46,988 bases of DNA from Chloroflexota bacterium (GCA_043743315.1 JAYTWS010000009.1:1-46988); one strand, 5' to 3'. Shown: positions 8,815-17,403, counted from the first letter of the stretch. Numbers and translations: made by a program. Notes: a model not told the origin generated them from the sequence alone.

Positions 8815-10722
8815 TCACTCTTCAGCCTGGTCCTTGGGCTTGCCGCCGGACGCATTCCGGCGCATGTAGAACGCCCCACCCGCCACGACGATCACGACGA
8901 TCGCCGCGATGATCAGCGGGGTCGAGTCGCCGGAGCCGGTCGACCCGCTTCCTGCGGATGACGGTACCGGGGTCGCGGACGTGGCCTCGGTGGGTGCCGG
9001 CGTCGGCGCCGCCGCGGCGCTGGTCAACCTGGTGTAGTTCAACGTGCCATAGGCGAACATCGGCGTCCCGTTCGCGGTGGGCTGGTTCTGCCAGCCGGCG
9101 AAGCGGTCGGTCCGATAGGCGTCGAGGTTGGCGTCGTAGTACAGGATGTCGTACGGCGCGGCGTCGTAGATCATGTTCTGCATCTGGGCGATGATTGTCT
9201 TTCGATCTGCGGCCGAGGTCGCGGCCAGCTGATCGTCGTACAGCTTGTCGTACGCCGGATCGCAGTACTGGCTGTCAGACGAGCTGCCGATGGCTTCGCA
9301 CTTGAAGATCTGGAGCTCGCCGCTCGGATCGACGCTCCACGTCCAGCCCCAGAGCTCGATGTCGTAGTCGGCGGTGTACCCGTCGCCGGCGTCCGGCGGC
9401 AGGACCTTATCGCCGAGCGTGGCCGAGTCGAGGACCTGCGTGGTGACGGTGATCCCGAGCTGGCCATACCAGTCGACGATGAACTGGGCGGCCTTCGGAT
9501 AGTTGGCATCCGAATCGGGCATGTACATCCGGAGCGTGATCGGCTTGTTGTCCTTATCGAGCCGCTTGCCCGCGGCGTCGAGGTTGTAGCCAGCCGCGTC
9601 GAGTTTCTGCTTGGCGAGGTCGATGTTGAAGGTACGCGGCGTGGTCGGTTCGACATGCCACGACGTCAGGACGGGCGGGACGATCGTGTTACCGACGTCG
9701 CCGTACCCGCCCAGGACCCGGTCCACCAGGGTCTGCCGATCGACCGCGTAGCCGAGGGCATCGCGGAAGGCCGCGTCCTTGAGCGCCGTCGTCGACGGAC
9801 CGCCGCCGGTGATGGTCTTGTCCGTCCCGGTCCCGTAGGTGTTGAAGGCCAGCTGGGTCCAGCCGTTGGCAGCACCGGCCACGGTCTTGATGTTCGGATC
9901 GCTCTGGAGGGCGTTGAGCTGGTCGGCGTTGACGCCATGGGCGTAGTCGAGCTCACCGGCCTTGAGGGCCTGGACCATGCTGTCGGTCGTCTTGTAGATG
10001 ACGATGTCGACCTCGTCGGCAAAGCCCTGGGTACCCCAGTAGTTGGGGTTGCGCTGGAAGCGGACGAACTGGCCGGTCTGCCACTCGACCGCTTGATACG
10101 GCCCCGTGCCGACAAGCGGCGCGGCGAACGTGGCGTCACCGATAGTGGACGAGGTCTCCTTGGACCAGACGTGCTTGGGGATGATCGGTAGATACGTCTG
10201 GAGGATGCGGCTCGAGGCATCGTCGGTCGTCGCGATCATGGTCGTCGGGTCGGGACAGTCGACCTTGGTCACGCCGGCATCGGCCAGACCCGGATCGATG
10301 TACCCCGCGCCGAGGCTCCCGGATCCGTTCGCGGCGATCGAGTCGATCGCGAGCTGCCACGAGAAGCAGGCGTCCTCCGAGGTCGCCGGCTGTCCGTCGG
10401 ACCACTTCATCCCGTCGCGGATATGGAAGGTCCAGGTGTGACCGTCGGCGGCCCGTTCCCAGGAATCCGCATAGCCGGGGACGGGCTCGAGGTCGGGCCC
10501 GAAATCGACGAGCAGGTTGTAGCTGAGCTGGAACGACTCGTAGCCGACTACGAGGAGCGTGGCGTACGGGTTCAGCGAGTCGAGGTCCTGGGTCGTCCCG
10601 ACGCGCAGGATCACGGGATCCGCGGCGGTGACGGGCGCGACACTCGGTCCTGCGAGTGCAAACAGGAGTCCGGCCGTCGTCAGCCCACGCGCTGCCCGGC
10701 TGCGGAAGCGAGATCGAGTCAT
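8815..10722 (-). CDS. ABC transporter substrate-binding protein, family 5 (peptide/nickel), with C-terminal membrane anchor
   Basis: ATG 10722 is preceded by GGAGGA. Signal peptide MTRSRFRSRAARGLTTAGLLFALAGPSVAPVTA/ADP without a lipobox Cys. The body is typical of SBP_bac_5 (LRVGTTQDLDSLNPY...). The C-terminus has a Ser/Thr/Pro linker plus a hydrophobic helix and basic tail. Confidence 0.9.
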   Translation of the reverse strand: MTRSRFRSRAARGLTTAGLLFALAGPSVAPVTAADPVILRVGTTQDLDSLNPYATLLVVGYESFQLSYNLLVDFGPDLEPVPGYADSWERAADGHTWTFHIRDGMKWSDGQPATSEDACFSWQLAIDSIAANGSGSLGAGYIDPGLADAGVTKVDCPDPTTMIATTDDASSRILQTYLPIIPKHVWSKETSSTIGDATFAAPLVGTGPYQAVEWQTGQFVRFQRNPNYWGTQGFADEVDIVIYKTTDSMVQALKAGELDYAHGVNADQLNALQSDPNIKTVAGAANGWTQLAFNTYGTGTDKTITGGGPSTTALKDAAFRDALGYAVDRQTLVDRVLGGYGDVGNTIVPPVLTSWHVEPTTPRTFNIDLAKQKLDAAGYNLDAAGKRLDKDNKPITLRMYMPDSDANYPKAAQFIVDWYGQLGITVTTQVLDSATLGDKVLPPDAGDGYTADYDIELWGWTWSVDPSGELQIFKCEAIGSSSDSQYCDPAYDKLYDDQLAATSAADRKTIIAQMQNMIYDAAPYDILYYDANLDAYRTDRFAGWQNQPTANGTPMFAYGTLNYTRLTSAAAAPTPAPTEATSATPVPSSAGSGSTGSGDSTPLIIAAIVVIVVAGGAFYMRRNASGGKPKDQAEE

Positions 10723-10907
10723 AGCATCCTCCAAAGGTGCCAGCCCCTCCACAGACAGGCACGCGCCCCTCGGGCATGTCGAGGAGTTCGTTGAGAGTCC
10801 CATACGGCAGGCCCACCACGCAAGTTTCGGTCGGCTTGACTCGCGTGGCGGGTCGAGCACGTGTCGAGTCGCACGAGCGCGCAACGCGTGGGCGGCTCGT
10901 CGAACAG

Positions 10908-12083
10908 TCAGATCCTGAAATGTGGCCGCGGTCGCACCTCACGCAGGATCGGTCGATCCACCCGGAACGCCTCGATCTCCCCCGCCGACGGGGTCTCGCC
11001 GTCGATCGCCAGCTCGCCGAGGATCCGCCCGAGGACGGACGCGAACTTGAACCCGTGGCCGGCACCCAGGGCGAGGACGACGCCCGGGTGGTCCGGCAGT
11101 CGGTCGACGACGAAATCACGTTCCGGGGTCAGCGTATAGATGCACGTCTTCGTCAGGAGGTCGGGGCCGACGGCCTCGGGCAGATGGCGTTCCATGAAGG
11201 CGTACAGGCGAGCATGCGCGGCCCGGTTCACCTCGAATGACCGGGTCGGGATCGTGCATTCCTCGCCGCCGACATCCTGGGCGGCCTTGGGACCCGGCTC
11301 ACCGTAGGTCGGAAACCCGTAGAACGACGGCTCGTCCATCCAGATCCAGACCGGAAACCGGTCGGGAGCGAACCGCGATGGATCGGGACTGGCAAAGTAG
11401 GTGACCTGCTCCCGCGTGATGGTCAGCGGCAGCCGCATGCCGAGATGTGCCAGGAGGTCGTTGGTCCAGGCATCGGCGGCCAGAACGATCCGGCCGGTTC
11501 GATGAACCGTCCCATCGGCCGTCGTCACCTCATACTCGCCGTCAGTCGCGCGGATGGCCGTCACCGGGCTGAGGTCGTGGAGCGTGGCGCCGTTGGCAAC
11601 CGCGAGAGTTCGGTGGGCAGGGTTGGCACGATTGGGGTCCGCGATGCCCGTCTCCGCCTGGTAGACGACCGCGGTGTCCGCATCGAGCCGCCACTGTGGC
11701 CACCGCCGCATCGCCTCGGCCGCGTCCATGCGCTCGAACGGAACGTCCTCCGCGGCGAGTGCGTCGGTGTAGTCGGCCTGATCGGTGACACCACCGGCCG
11801 GGTAGAGGTCGATGCCCCCGGTCCGGGTCACGATCCGTGCGCCGCCCGCTGCCTCGACCTCGGCCCAGGAGGCATAGGCGCGCTTGGCGAGCCGGACGTA
11901 ATCGCGTCGGTGGTAGGACAGGCGAATGATCCGGGAGTGATCCTGGGACGCACCGTTCGGGTGATCGAACGCGAACTGCTCCAGGCCCAGGACGCGGAGG
12001 CCGGGCCGGGTGGACAGCCAGTACGCGGCGGCGGAGCCGATTCCCCCGAGGCCGACGACGATCGCATCCCACTCACGCTGCAT
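10908..12083 (-). CDS. FAD-dependent N-methyl amino acid oxidase (monomeric sarcosine oxidase / MTOX-like)
   Basis: N-terminal dinucleotide fold DAIVVGLGGIGSAAAYWL. TCIYTLTPERDF contains the Cys that carries covalent FAD in MSOX/MTOX. GAGHGFKF near the C-terminus. Confidence 0.85.
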   Translation of the reverse strand: MQREWDAIVVGLGGIGSAAAYWLSTRPGLRVLGLEQFAFDHPNGASQDHSRIIRLSYHRRDYVRLAKRAYASWAEVEAAGGARIVTRTGGIDLYPAGGVTDQADYTDALAAEDVPFERMDAAEAMRRWPQWRLDADTAVVYQAETGIADPNRANPAHRTLAVANGATLHDLSPVTAIRATDGEYEVTTADGTVHRTGRIVLAADAWTNDLLAHLGMRLPLTITREQVTYFASPDPSRFAPDRFPVWIWMDEPSFYGFPTYGEPGPKAAQDVGGEECTIPTRSFEVNRAAHARLYAFMERHLPEAVGPDLLTKTCIYTLTPERDFVVDRLPDHPGVVLALGAGHGFKFASVLGRILGELAIDGETPSAGEIEAFRVDRPILREVRPRPHFRI

Positions 12084-12118
12084 GAATCGACGCTAGCAGG
12101 TCAAAAGGTGGGGTGTCG

Positions 12119-12237
12119 GCCTCGGGCCGCCGGCTGATGCCTCGGGCAGCGGGCTGAGCCTCGGGCCGCCGGCTGATGCCTCGGGCCGCGGGCTGAGCCT
12201 CGGGCCGCGGGTCGCTGCTCCGGCCCGCGGGCTGCGA
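12119..12237. repeat. intergenic tandem repeat, about 19.5-bp unit (39-bp double unit), about 4.6 copies plus a degenerate tail
   Basis: Read directly: GCCTCGGGCCGCCGGCTGAT (12119-12138), GCCTCGGGCAGCGGGCTGA (12139-12157), GCCTCGGGCCGCCGGCTGAT (12158-12177), GCCTCGGGCCGCGGGCTGA (12178-12196), GCCTCGGGCCGCGGG... (12197-). It lies between divergent genes. Confidence 0.85.
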
Positions 12238-12278
12238 CCGCCCCTCGCAACCCGTGATCGGGTGCGTAGACTCCGCCG

Positions 12279-14375
12279 ATGGCCAGCAACCGTCAGCGTG
12301 GACAGCCGGCGGGCGCCCGCCTCCACCGCGACGTCCGCATCGTGGCGCGCGACGGCATCGAGCTGTCCGCCAACCTGTGGCTGCCCGAGGGTGCGGGCGA
12401 GGCGGCCCGATGTCCCGCCGTCCTGGAGATGATCCCCTACCGCAAAGACGACTGGCGAGCCAATGCCGATGAGGCCCGAGGCCGATACCTCGCCCGGCAT
12501 GGGTATGCGCTGTGCCGGCTCGACGTCCGCGGAACCGGGCGCTCGGATGGCATCGCGATGGACGAATACACGGCCGACGAGACCCGGGACGGGTACGACG
12601 CGGTCGAGTGGCTGGCAGCGCAGGCCTGGTGCAATGGCAACGTCGGGATGTGGGGGATCTCGTATGGCGGCTTCACGTCCATCCAGGTCGCGGCGCTCCG
12701 ACCACCGCACCTCCGCGCCATCGTCCCGGTGTACGCGACCGACGATCGATATCTCAGCGACGTCCACTACATCGGCGGCTGCGCGACCGCGTCGGAGCTC
12801 ACCCAGTACGCCGTGAGCCAGGTCGCGTCCAACGCGCTGCCCGCGCTGCCGGCTCGGAGCGGTGAGGACTGGCAGGCGGTATGGCGCGAGCGCCTCGAGG
12901 CAACCCCGGTCTGGCTCGTCCCGTGGCTCGAGCACCAGGCCGATGGGCCGTACTGGCGCCAGGGTTCGCTGTCACCCGGGTACGAGCGCATCGAGGCGGC
13001 GATCCTCATGTTCGGCGGATGGATGGACTCGTACGTGGATCCCGTGTTCCGGATGCTCGAGCGATGCACCGCACCGCGCCGAGCCATTGTGGGTAACTGG
13101 TCCCACGAGTTCCCGGACGACGGATATCCGGGACCCGGCCTCGACTGGCACCACGAGATGCTCCGGTTCTTCGATCACTGGCTGAAGGGCGAGGCAAACG
13201 GTGTGATGGACGAGCCGGCCCTGACCTGGTTCCAGCGGGATTGGGCAGCCCCCGAGCCGTTTCCGGTTGCATGGCCGGGTCGGTGGCGGGCCACCGACCT
13301 TCCCGTTCCGGCCGTGAACGACAACGAGGACCACCGACACCACGGGACCCAGCGGCTGTACCTGACCGGCGGCCCCGAGCCCCTGCGGGGCGGCTTCGCT
13401 GCGCACCCCCCGGATCCTCCGGGATCGGCGGCGTTTCCGCACCACGCGACGACCGGGACCCACGGATCCCTCTCGTGGGGGGCTGGCGGACGGCCGAATG
13501 GACTCGCCCGCGACATCCGCCCCGACGAGTCGGCCGTGCCGACCTACACCTCGGACGCCCTCGAGTCGCCGCTCGAGATCCTGGGCCTCCCGTTGGTCGA
13601 GCTTGACGTGACGACCTCGATGGCGATTGCCACGCTGGTCGTCCGGCTGTCCGACGTCGCCCTGGATGGAACCTCAGCCCAGGTCACGATGGGCATCCTC
13701 AACCTGACCCATCGTGGGTCCCACGAGACGCCCGAACCGATGCGTCCAGGGCAGCGCACAACCGTCCGCGTTCCGCTCCGGGCCGCCGGCTACCGGTTCG
13801 CGGCAGGGCATCGGATTCGGGTCTCGATCGCGTCGTCCTGCTGGCCCGTCATCTGGCCATCTCCTGAGCCGGGCTGGATCACGGTGCACCACGGGCCGTC
13901 GACCGTCGCGGTCGCCGCAACCGGCCGTGGCTCGTGCTTGAGCCTTCCGCTTGCCACCAGCGTCGATGACACGGCGATTCCCGCCTTCAGGACTTCGCTG
14001 CCGGCCATGGACGCCGTCGGTAGCGGCTCCGAGGACGAGCCACGGTGGGCCGTCACCGAGGACGTCCTGGCGGGAAGCGTGACCGTCTCGACGCATGATG
14101 GCGGCGAGACCGTGCTCGAGGGTGGCGCCCGGCTTTACACCGCCGAATCCCACGAGATGCGAGCGTCAGATATCGATCCGGCACGGGCGTCGATGACCAG
14201 TACGATCCGCTATGTCCTGGAGCGGGATCACCATCGGGTCGAAATCGATGTCGACGGCCGGACCGCGTCGGACACGAACGCGTTCGATCTCGACATCAGC
14301 CTCCGGGTCCGCCTCGACGGGGAGCCATTCTTCGAGCGCCGCACCGAGCGGTCGATCCCTCGGAACCTCGTCTAG
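12279..14375 (+). CDS. CocE/NonD-family hydrolase (X-Pro dipeptidyl-peptidase S15-like)
   Basis: ARDGIELSANLWLPEG...LEMIPYRKDDW...RGTGRSDG...DGYDAVEWLAAQAWCNGNVGMWGISYGGFTS (GxSYxG nucleophile motif), plus a long C-terminal beta-domain typical of the family. Confidence 0.85.
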   Translation: MASNRQRGQPAGARLHRDVRIVARDGIELSANLWLPEGAGEAARCPAVLEMIPYRKDDWRANADEARGRYLARHGYALCRLDVRGTGRSDGIAMDEYTADETRDGYDAVEWLAAQAWCNGNVGMWGISYGGFTSIQVAALRPPHLRAIVPVYATDDRYLSDVHYIGGCATASELTQYAVSQVASNALPALPARSGEDWQAVWRERLEATPVWLVPWLEHQADGPYWRQGSLSPGYERIEAAILMFGGWMDSYVDPVFRMLERCTAPRRAIVGNWSHEFPDDGYPGPGLDWHHEMLRFFDHWLKGEANGVMDEPALTWFQRDWAAPEPFPVAWPGRWRATDLPVPAVNDNEDHRHHGTQRLYLTGGPEPLRGGFAAHPPDPPGSAAFPHHATTGTHGSLSWGAGGRPNGLARDIRPDESAVPTYTSDALESPLEILGLPLVELDVTTSMAIATLVVRLSDVALDGTSAQVTMGILNLTHRGSHETPEPMRPGQRTTVRVPLRAAGYRFAAGHRIRVSIASSCWPVIWPSPEPGWITVHHGPSTVAVAATGRGSCLSLPLATSVDDTAIPAFRTSLPAMDAVGSGSEDEPRWAVTEDVLAGSVTVSTHDGGETVLEGGARLYTAESHEMRASDIDPARASMTSTIRYVLERDHHRVEIDVDGRTASDTNAFDLDISLRVRLDGEPFFERRTERSIPRNLV

Positions 14376-15031
14376 AGATCGGTCGCCAGGAGGAGCGCGA
14401 ACCCGCAGATCGCGAGACTGCCGAGCACGCTCACAGCCACCTGGAAACGCGCAGGCAGCCGACGATGGCCGATTGCGCCGATCGCGGCCAGGGTCGTCTG
14501 CCATGCCAGCGAGGCGAGGAACGCGCCCAAGGCGAACGCTGCGCGATCGCCCGGCCCGCGGCCGACGGTCGGGAGTGCCAGGACGAGGGCTGCGAAGTAG
14601 ATGACAGTCGCCGGATTGACGAGCGTGAGGCCAAGAAATCGCGCATAGGTGCCGCCGGCACTGGCCGCCACCGAGCCCGCCGCCACCGAGCCCGCCGGCA
14701 CGGAGCCCGCCGGCACGGAGCCCACCGCCACCGACCCGCGGGGGCGGAGCCAGACGGCGATCAAGCCACGGATCCCGATCCCCAGCAGGGCGCCGATCGC
14801 CACGACGCGGAGCGGTCGCTCGAGCGGCTCGAGGACGAGGCCGATGGCCGTTCCGCCGATGATCGCGATGAGCGCGTAGATGCCGTCGGCGGTGGCTGCG
14901 CCGGCTCCGGCGGCCGCGGCTGCCCGGAACCCACGCCGGATCCCGAGATCGAGGATCAGGATCGCAATCGCGCCCACGGGAATCGCAATCGCCAAGCCCG
15001 CCAGGGCGCCGGCACCGAACGCAGCGGCCAT
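14372..15031 (-). CDS. LysE/RhtB-family amino-acid exporter
   Basis: 219-aa polytopic ORF with a Gly/Ala-rich helix pattern typical of LysE translocators. It starts 1 nt after the stop of the upstream gene. Confidence 0.75.
   Translation of the reverse strand: MAAAFGAGALAGLAIAIPVGAIAILILDLGIRRGFRAAAAAGAGAATADGIYALIAIIGGTAIGLVLEPLERPLRVVAIGALLGIGIRGLIAVWLRPRGSVAVGSVPAGSVPAGSVAAGSVAASAGGTYARFLGLTLVNPATVIYFAALVLALPTVGRGPGDRAAFALGAFLASLAWQTTLAAIGAIGHRRLPARFQVAVSVLGSLAICGFALLLATDL
14664..14738. repeat. in-frame 15-bp tandem repeat (5 copies) inside the LysE-family gene
   Basis: GCCGCCACCGAGCCC x2, GCCGGCACGGAGCCC x2, ACCGCCACCGACCCG. On the coding strand this gives (GSVxA)n: GSVAVGSVPAGSVPAGSVAAGSVAAS in the central loop. 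Confidence 0.85.
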
Positions 15032-15032
15032 G

Positions 15033-15452
15033 TCAGGTGGTTGGCGGGGTCGTGACCGTCACCTCGCCGGACCTTCGGCTGCGCGAGCGATGCGCGGCCG
15101 GGGTTTCGAGGAATTCGAGCCAAACCTCCGGGACATCGAGCCGCACCTGGAGGGATCGTCCTCGCCAGCCACCACGGACGATCCGCGCTCGCCCCTCTTG
15201 CAGGACGATCGCGAGGCGACGATGGGCGACGATCGGCGTCCCGCTCACGGTCCCGAATGACTCGAGATCCGCGGTCTGGTCGGGATCCAGCCAACGTGTC
15301 TCGAGATCACCGACCAGCGCGCTGGTACAGCAGCGCGAGGCGTAGAAGTCGATGAGCAGCGCTCGGCCGTTTGCCTCGTGCTCGATCAGGTGGACGGTCG
15401 CGGAATCGGCTCCGATCGTCACGTGAGCCCCTCGTGCGGGGACGTTGACCAT
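15033..15452 (-). CDS. hypothetical small protein with vicinal Cys-Cys motif
   Basis: 139 aa; ...ALLIDFYASRCCTSALVGDLETRW... Its ATG overlaps the stop of the upstream flavoprotein by 1 nt (TGATG at 15450-15454). I recognise no confident family; there is a possible resemblance to CC/Se-motif small proteins. Confidence 0.55.
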   Translation of the reverse strand: MVNVPARGAHVTIGADSATVHLIEHEANGRALLIDFYASRCCTSALVGDLETRWLDPDQTADLESFGTVSGTPIVAHRRLAIVLQEGRARIVRGGWRGRSLQVRLDVPEVWLEFLETPAAHRSRSRRSGEVTVTTPPTT

Positions 15453-16975
15453 CAGGCGGCCGACGCGCCGGGTGCGATCAGGTCCAGCAGGCTGCCAGCC
15501 TGCGCCCGGTATGGGGACCCCTCGAAGTCGTGGAGCGGGTGCGGATCGAGTGCGTGCTCTTCCACCTTGCCGTCGCGACGAATGTAGGCGACGGGGTAGA
15601 TGGCGCCCAGTCCGTCGGCCTCGATGGTCATGGCGATCGCGTTGGGTCCGTCGACGTCGAGGAAGTGGGTCAGCGGCATCGTGCCCTCGTCACGGATGCC
15701 GTCATCCGCGCTGGCGCTGACGACCCTCGCGAGGTACGCCTTCTGATGCCACAGCTCGGGAGCCTTCGTCGCTTCGGCGAGCACGTGGGTCGTGAGATCG
15801 GCGAGGGCGATCACGGGACGCGGCCGGGCGATCCCGAAGCGCTGCTCGGCCAGCCGCTCGATCAGCAGCCGGCCGTTGTAGCGATGGCCCTGGACGGCCC
15901 CCGAATAGCTCGGGATCCCGTGCTTCTTGAGGCCCGGAGCGCCCGACGTGATCGTGCCCGCGAAGTGGATGCCGGGAATCGTCGCGCTCTCCCAGTACGC
16001 GGTCTGCGCCGGCAGCTTGCTCTGGCCGAACGTCGCGACGCCCAGTGCCGCAAGGTCCTGGAGTGGACAGGTGAAGCCGGTCGCGGCAATGACCTCGTCG
16101 ACCTCGAGGGAGACCGGCATGCCGTTGTCCGTCCGCTTGAGATCCACCCGAAGTGACATCCCGGAGCGGCTGATCTCGGCAACTGAAGCCGACAGGATGT
16201 CCACGCCGCCCCCGAGAGCCGAATCCTCGAACGGCTGGACGTAGCGGGCACGTACCCCGACGAGCGAGCGCGTCTCGATGGAGGTCTTGGCCGGGGATGG
16301 CGATGCGAGGGTGATGCGGCTCGCCCACTGGAGGAGGCCCGACGCAAGCTCGAACCCGGAGTTCTGCTTGCCGATGATGAAGAGCCGTCGGCCGGCGTAC
16401 GTCTCCGCCGCCCGGGTATCGGCGTAGTGGACGGCGTGCTCGATGCCGGGCGTCGGTGGCGAGAACGGCTCGGCGATCCCGACGGCCACGATCAGCTGTT
16501 CGCACTCGTATTCGCCGTCGGAGGTGGTCAGACGGAAGCGCGGACCGGCCGCGGTGTCCTGGCGCGACGTTGACTCCCAGCGACAGCCATAGCGAACCTG
16601 TAGACCCGATCGCTCGGCGAACGCGCTGAGGCTCGCCTCCATCTCGGGTCGGGATGGGAAGTCGGAGGAACCGTCCATGAACTGGGCCTGGAGGCCGCGC
16701 AGCCCCGGCTTGGCGGCCAGCAGGCTGTTCCAGTCCCACCGCTCGAAGTCGCGGGAATCATGCTCCGGGGACCCGTAGGGCTTGGTCCATGACAGCAGCC
16801 GCTGGAAGAACGGCCAGCGCCGGAACATGCCACCGGGACCCGGATCGGCGGACAGCACCGCATGACCGATCCCTCGCTGGTCGAGCTCGTGGGCGACCTG
16901 GAGGCCGCCGGGGCCGGACCCGATCACGATGACGGGATAGGCGCCTGGAGCAAAGGGGCGTTCTGGATCCGCCAT
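15452..16975 (-). CDS. NAD(P)/FAD-binding oxidoreductase (two-dinucleotide-fold flavoprotein, monooxygenase/disulfide-reductase-like) with C-terminal extension
   Basis: VIVIGSGPGGLQVAHEL (FAD fold), RRLFIIGKQNSGFELA (second dinucleotide fold), HFAGTIT near the end of the core, then an uncharacterised tail of about 150 aa. Confidence 0.8.
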   Translation of the reverse strand: MADPERPFAPGAYPVIVIGSGPGGLQVAHELDQRGIGHAVLSADPGPGGMFRRWPFFQRLLSWTKPYGSPEHDSRDFERWDWNSLLAAKPGLRGLQAQFMDGSSDFPSRPEMEASLSAFAERSGLQVRYGCRWESTSRQDTAAGPRFRLTTSDGEYECEQLIVAVGIAEPFSPPTPGIEHAVHYADTRAAETYAGRRLFIIGKQNSGFELASGLLQWASRITLASPSPAKTSIETRSLVGVRARYVQPFEDSALGGGVDILSASVAEISRSGMSLRVDLKRTDNGMPVSLEVDEVIAATGFTCPLQDLAALGVATFGQSKLPAQTAYWESATIPGIHFAGTITSGAPGLKKHGIPSYSGAVQGHRYNGRLLIERLAEQRFGIARPRPVIALADLTTHVLAEATKAPELWHQKAYLARVVSASADDGIRDEGTMPLTHFLDVDGPNAIAMTIEADGLGAIYPVAYIRRDGKVEEHALDPHPLHDFEGSPYRAQAGSLLDLIAPGASAA

Positions 16976-16980
16976 GGTGA

Positions 16981-17403
16981 TCAGCCCCGCGCGCGGTTCG
17001 CGTTGCGAAGGCGTCTCGACTGGGCCTGCAGCATGCGGTACAGGACCTTCGGGTGCTCGATCAGGAACCCCTCGACTGAGGCCCCGGACAGGACCACGCA
17101 GCGCATGGGCCGCAGGGCCACGACGTCCGCGGTCGGCAGCTCGCCGAGAAGGATCGAGACCTCACCGAAGAACTCGCCACGTCCGAGCGTCGCGCGCTGC
17201 TCGCCGTCAACGAGGATGGCCGCCTCGCCATCGAGGATCACGTAAAAGGCAGATCCGCTCAAGCCCTGGCGCAGGACGCGGGCGCCCTCGGCAAAGAACG
17301 CCTCCTCGAACCGGCCGGCAACACCCTGCAGCTGCGGGGCTGCGAGGTCGGCGAAGAGCGTCATCCCGGCAAGCGCATCGGCAATCTCGTCGCGTGTGGC
17401 CAT
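16981..17403 (-). CDS. stand-alone cyclic-nucleotide-binding domain protein (atypical phosphate-binding cassette)
   Basis: 140 aa: LFADL...FFAEGARVLRQGLSGSAFYVILDGEAAILVDGEQRATLGRGEFFGEVSILLGELPTADVVA. This is a cNMP-binding barrel with no other domain. Confidence 0.85.
   Translation of the reverse strand: MATRDEIADALAGMTLFADLAAPQLQGVAGRFEEAFFAEGARVLRQGLSGSAFYVILDGEAAILVDGEQRATLGRGEFFGEVSILLGELPTADVVALRPMRCVVLSGASVEGFLIEHPKVLYRMLQAQSRRLRNANRARG

Noticed and set aside
12119-12237. CRISPR array.
   Set aside because: The units are directly abutting about-19.5-bp repeats with no unique spacers, and there are no cas genes in the window.
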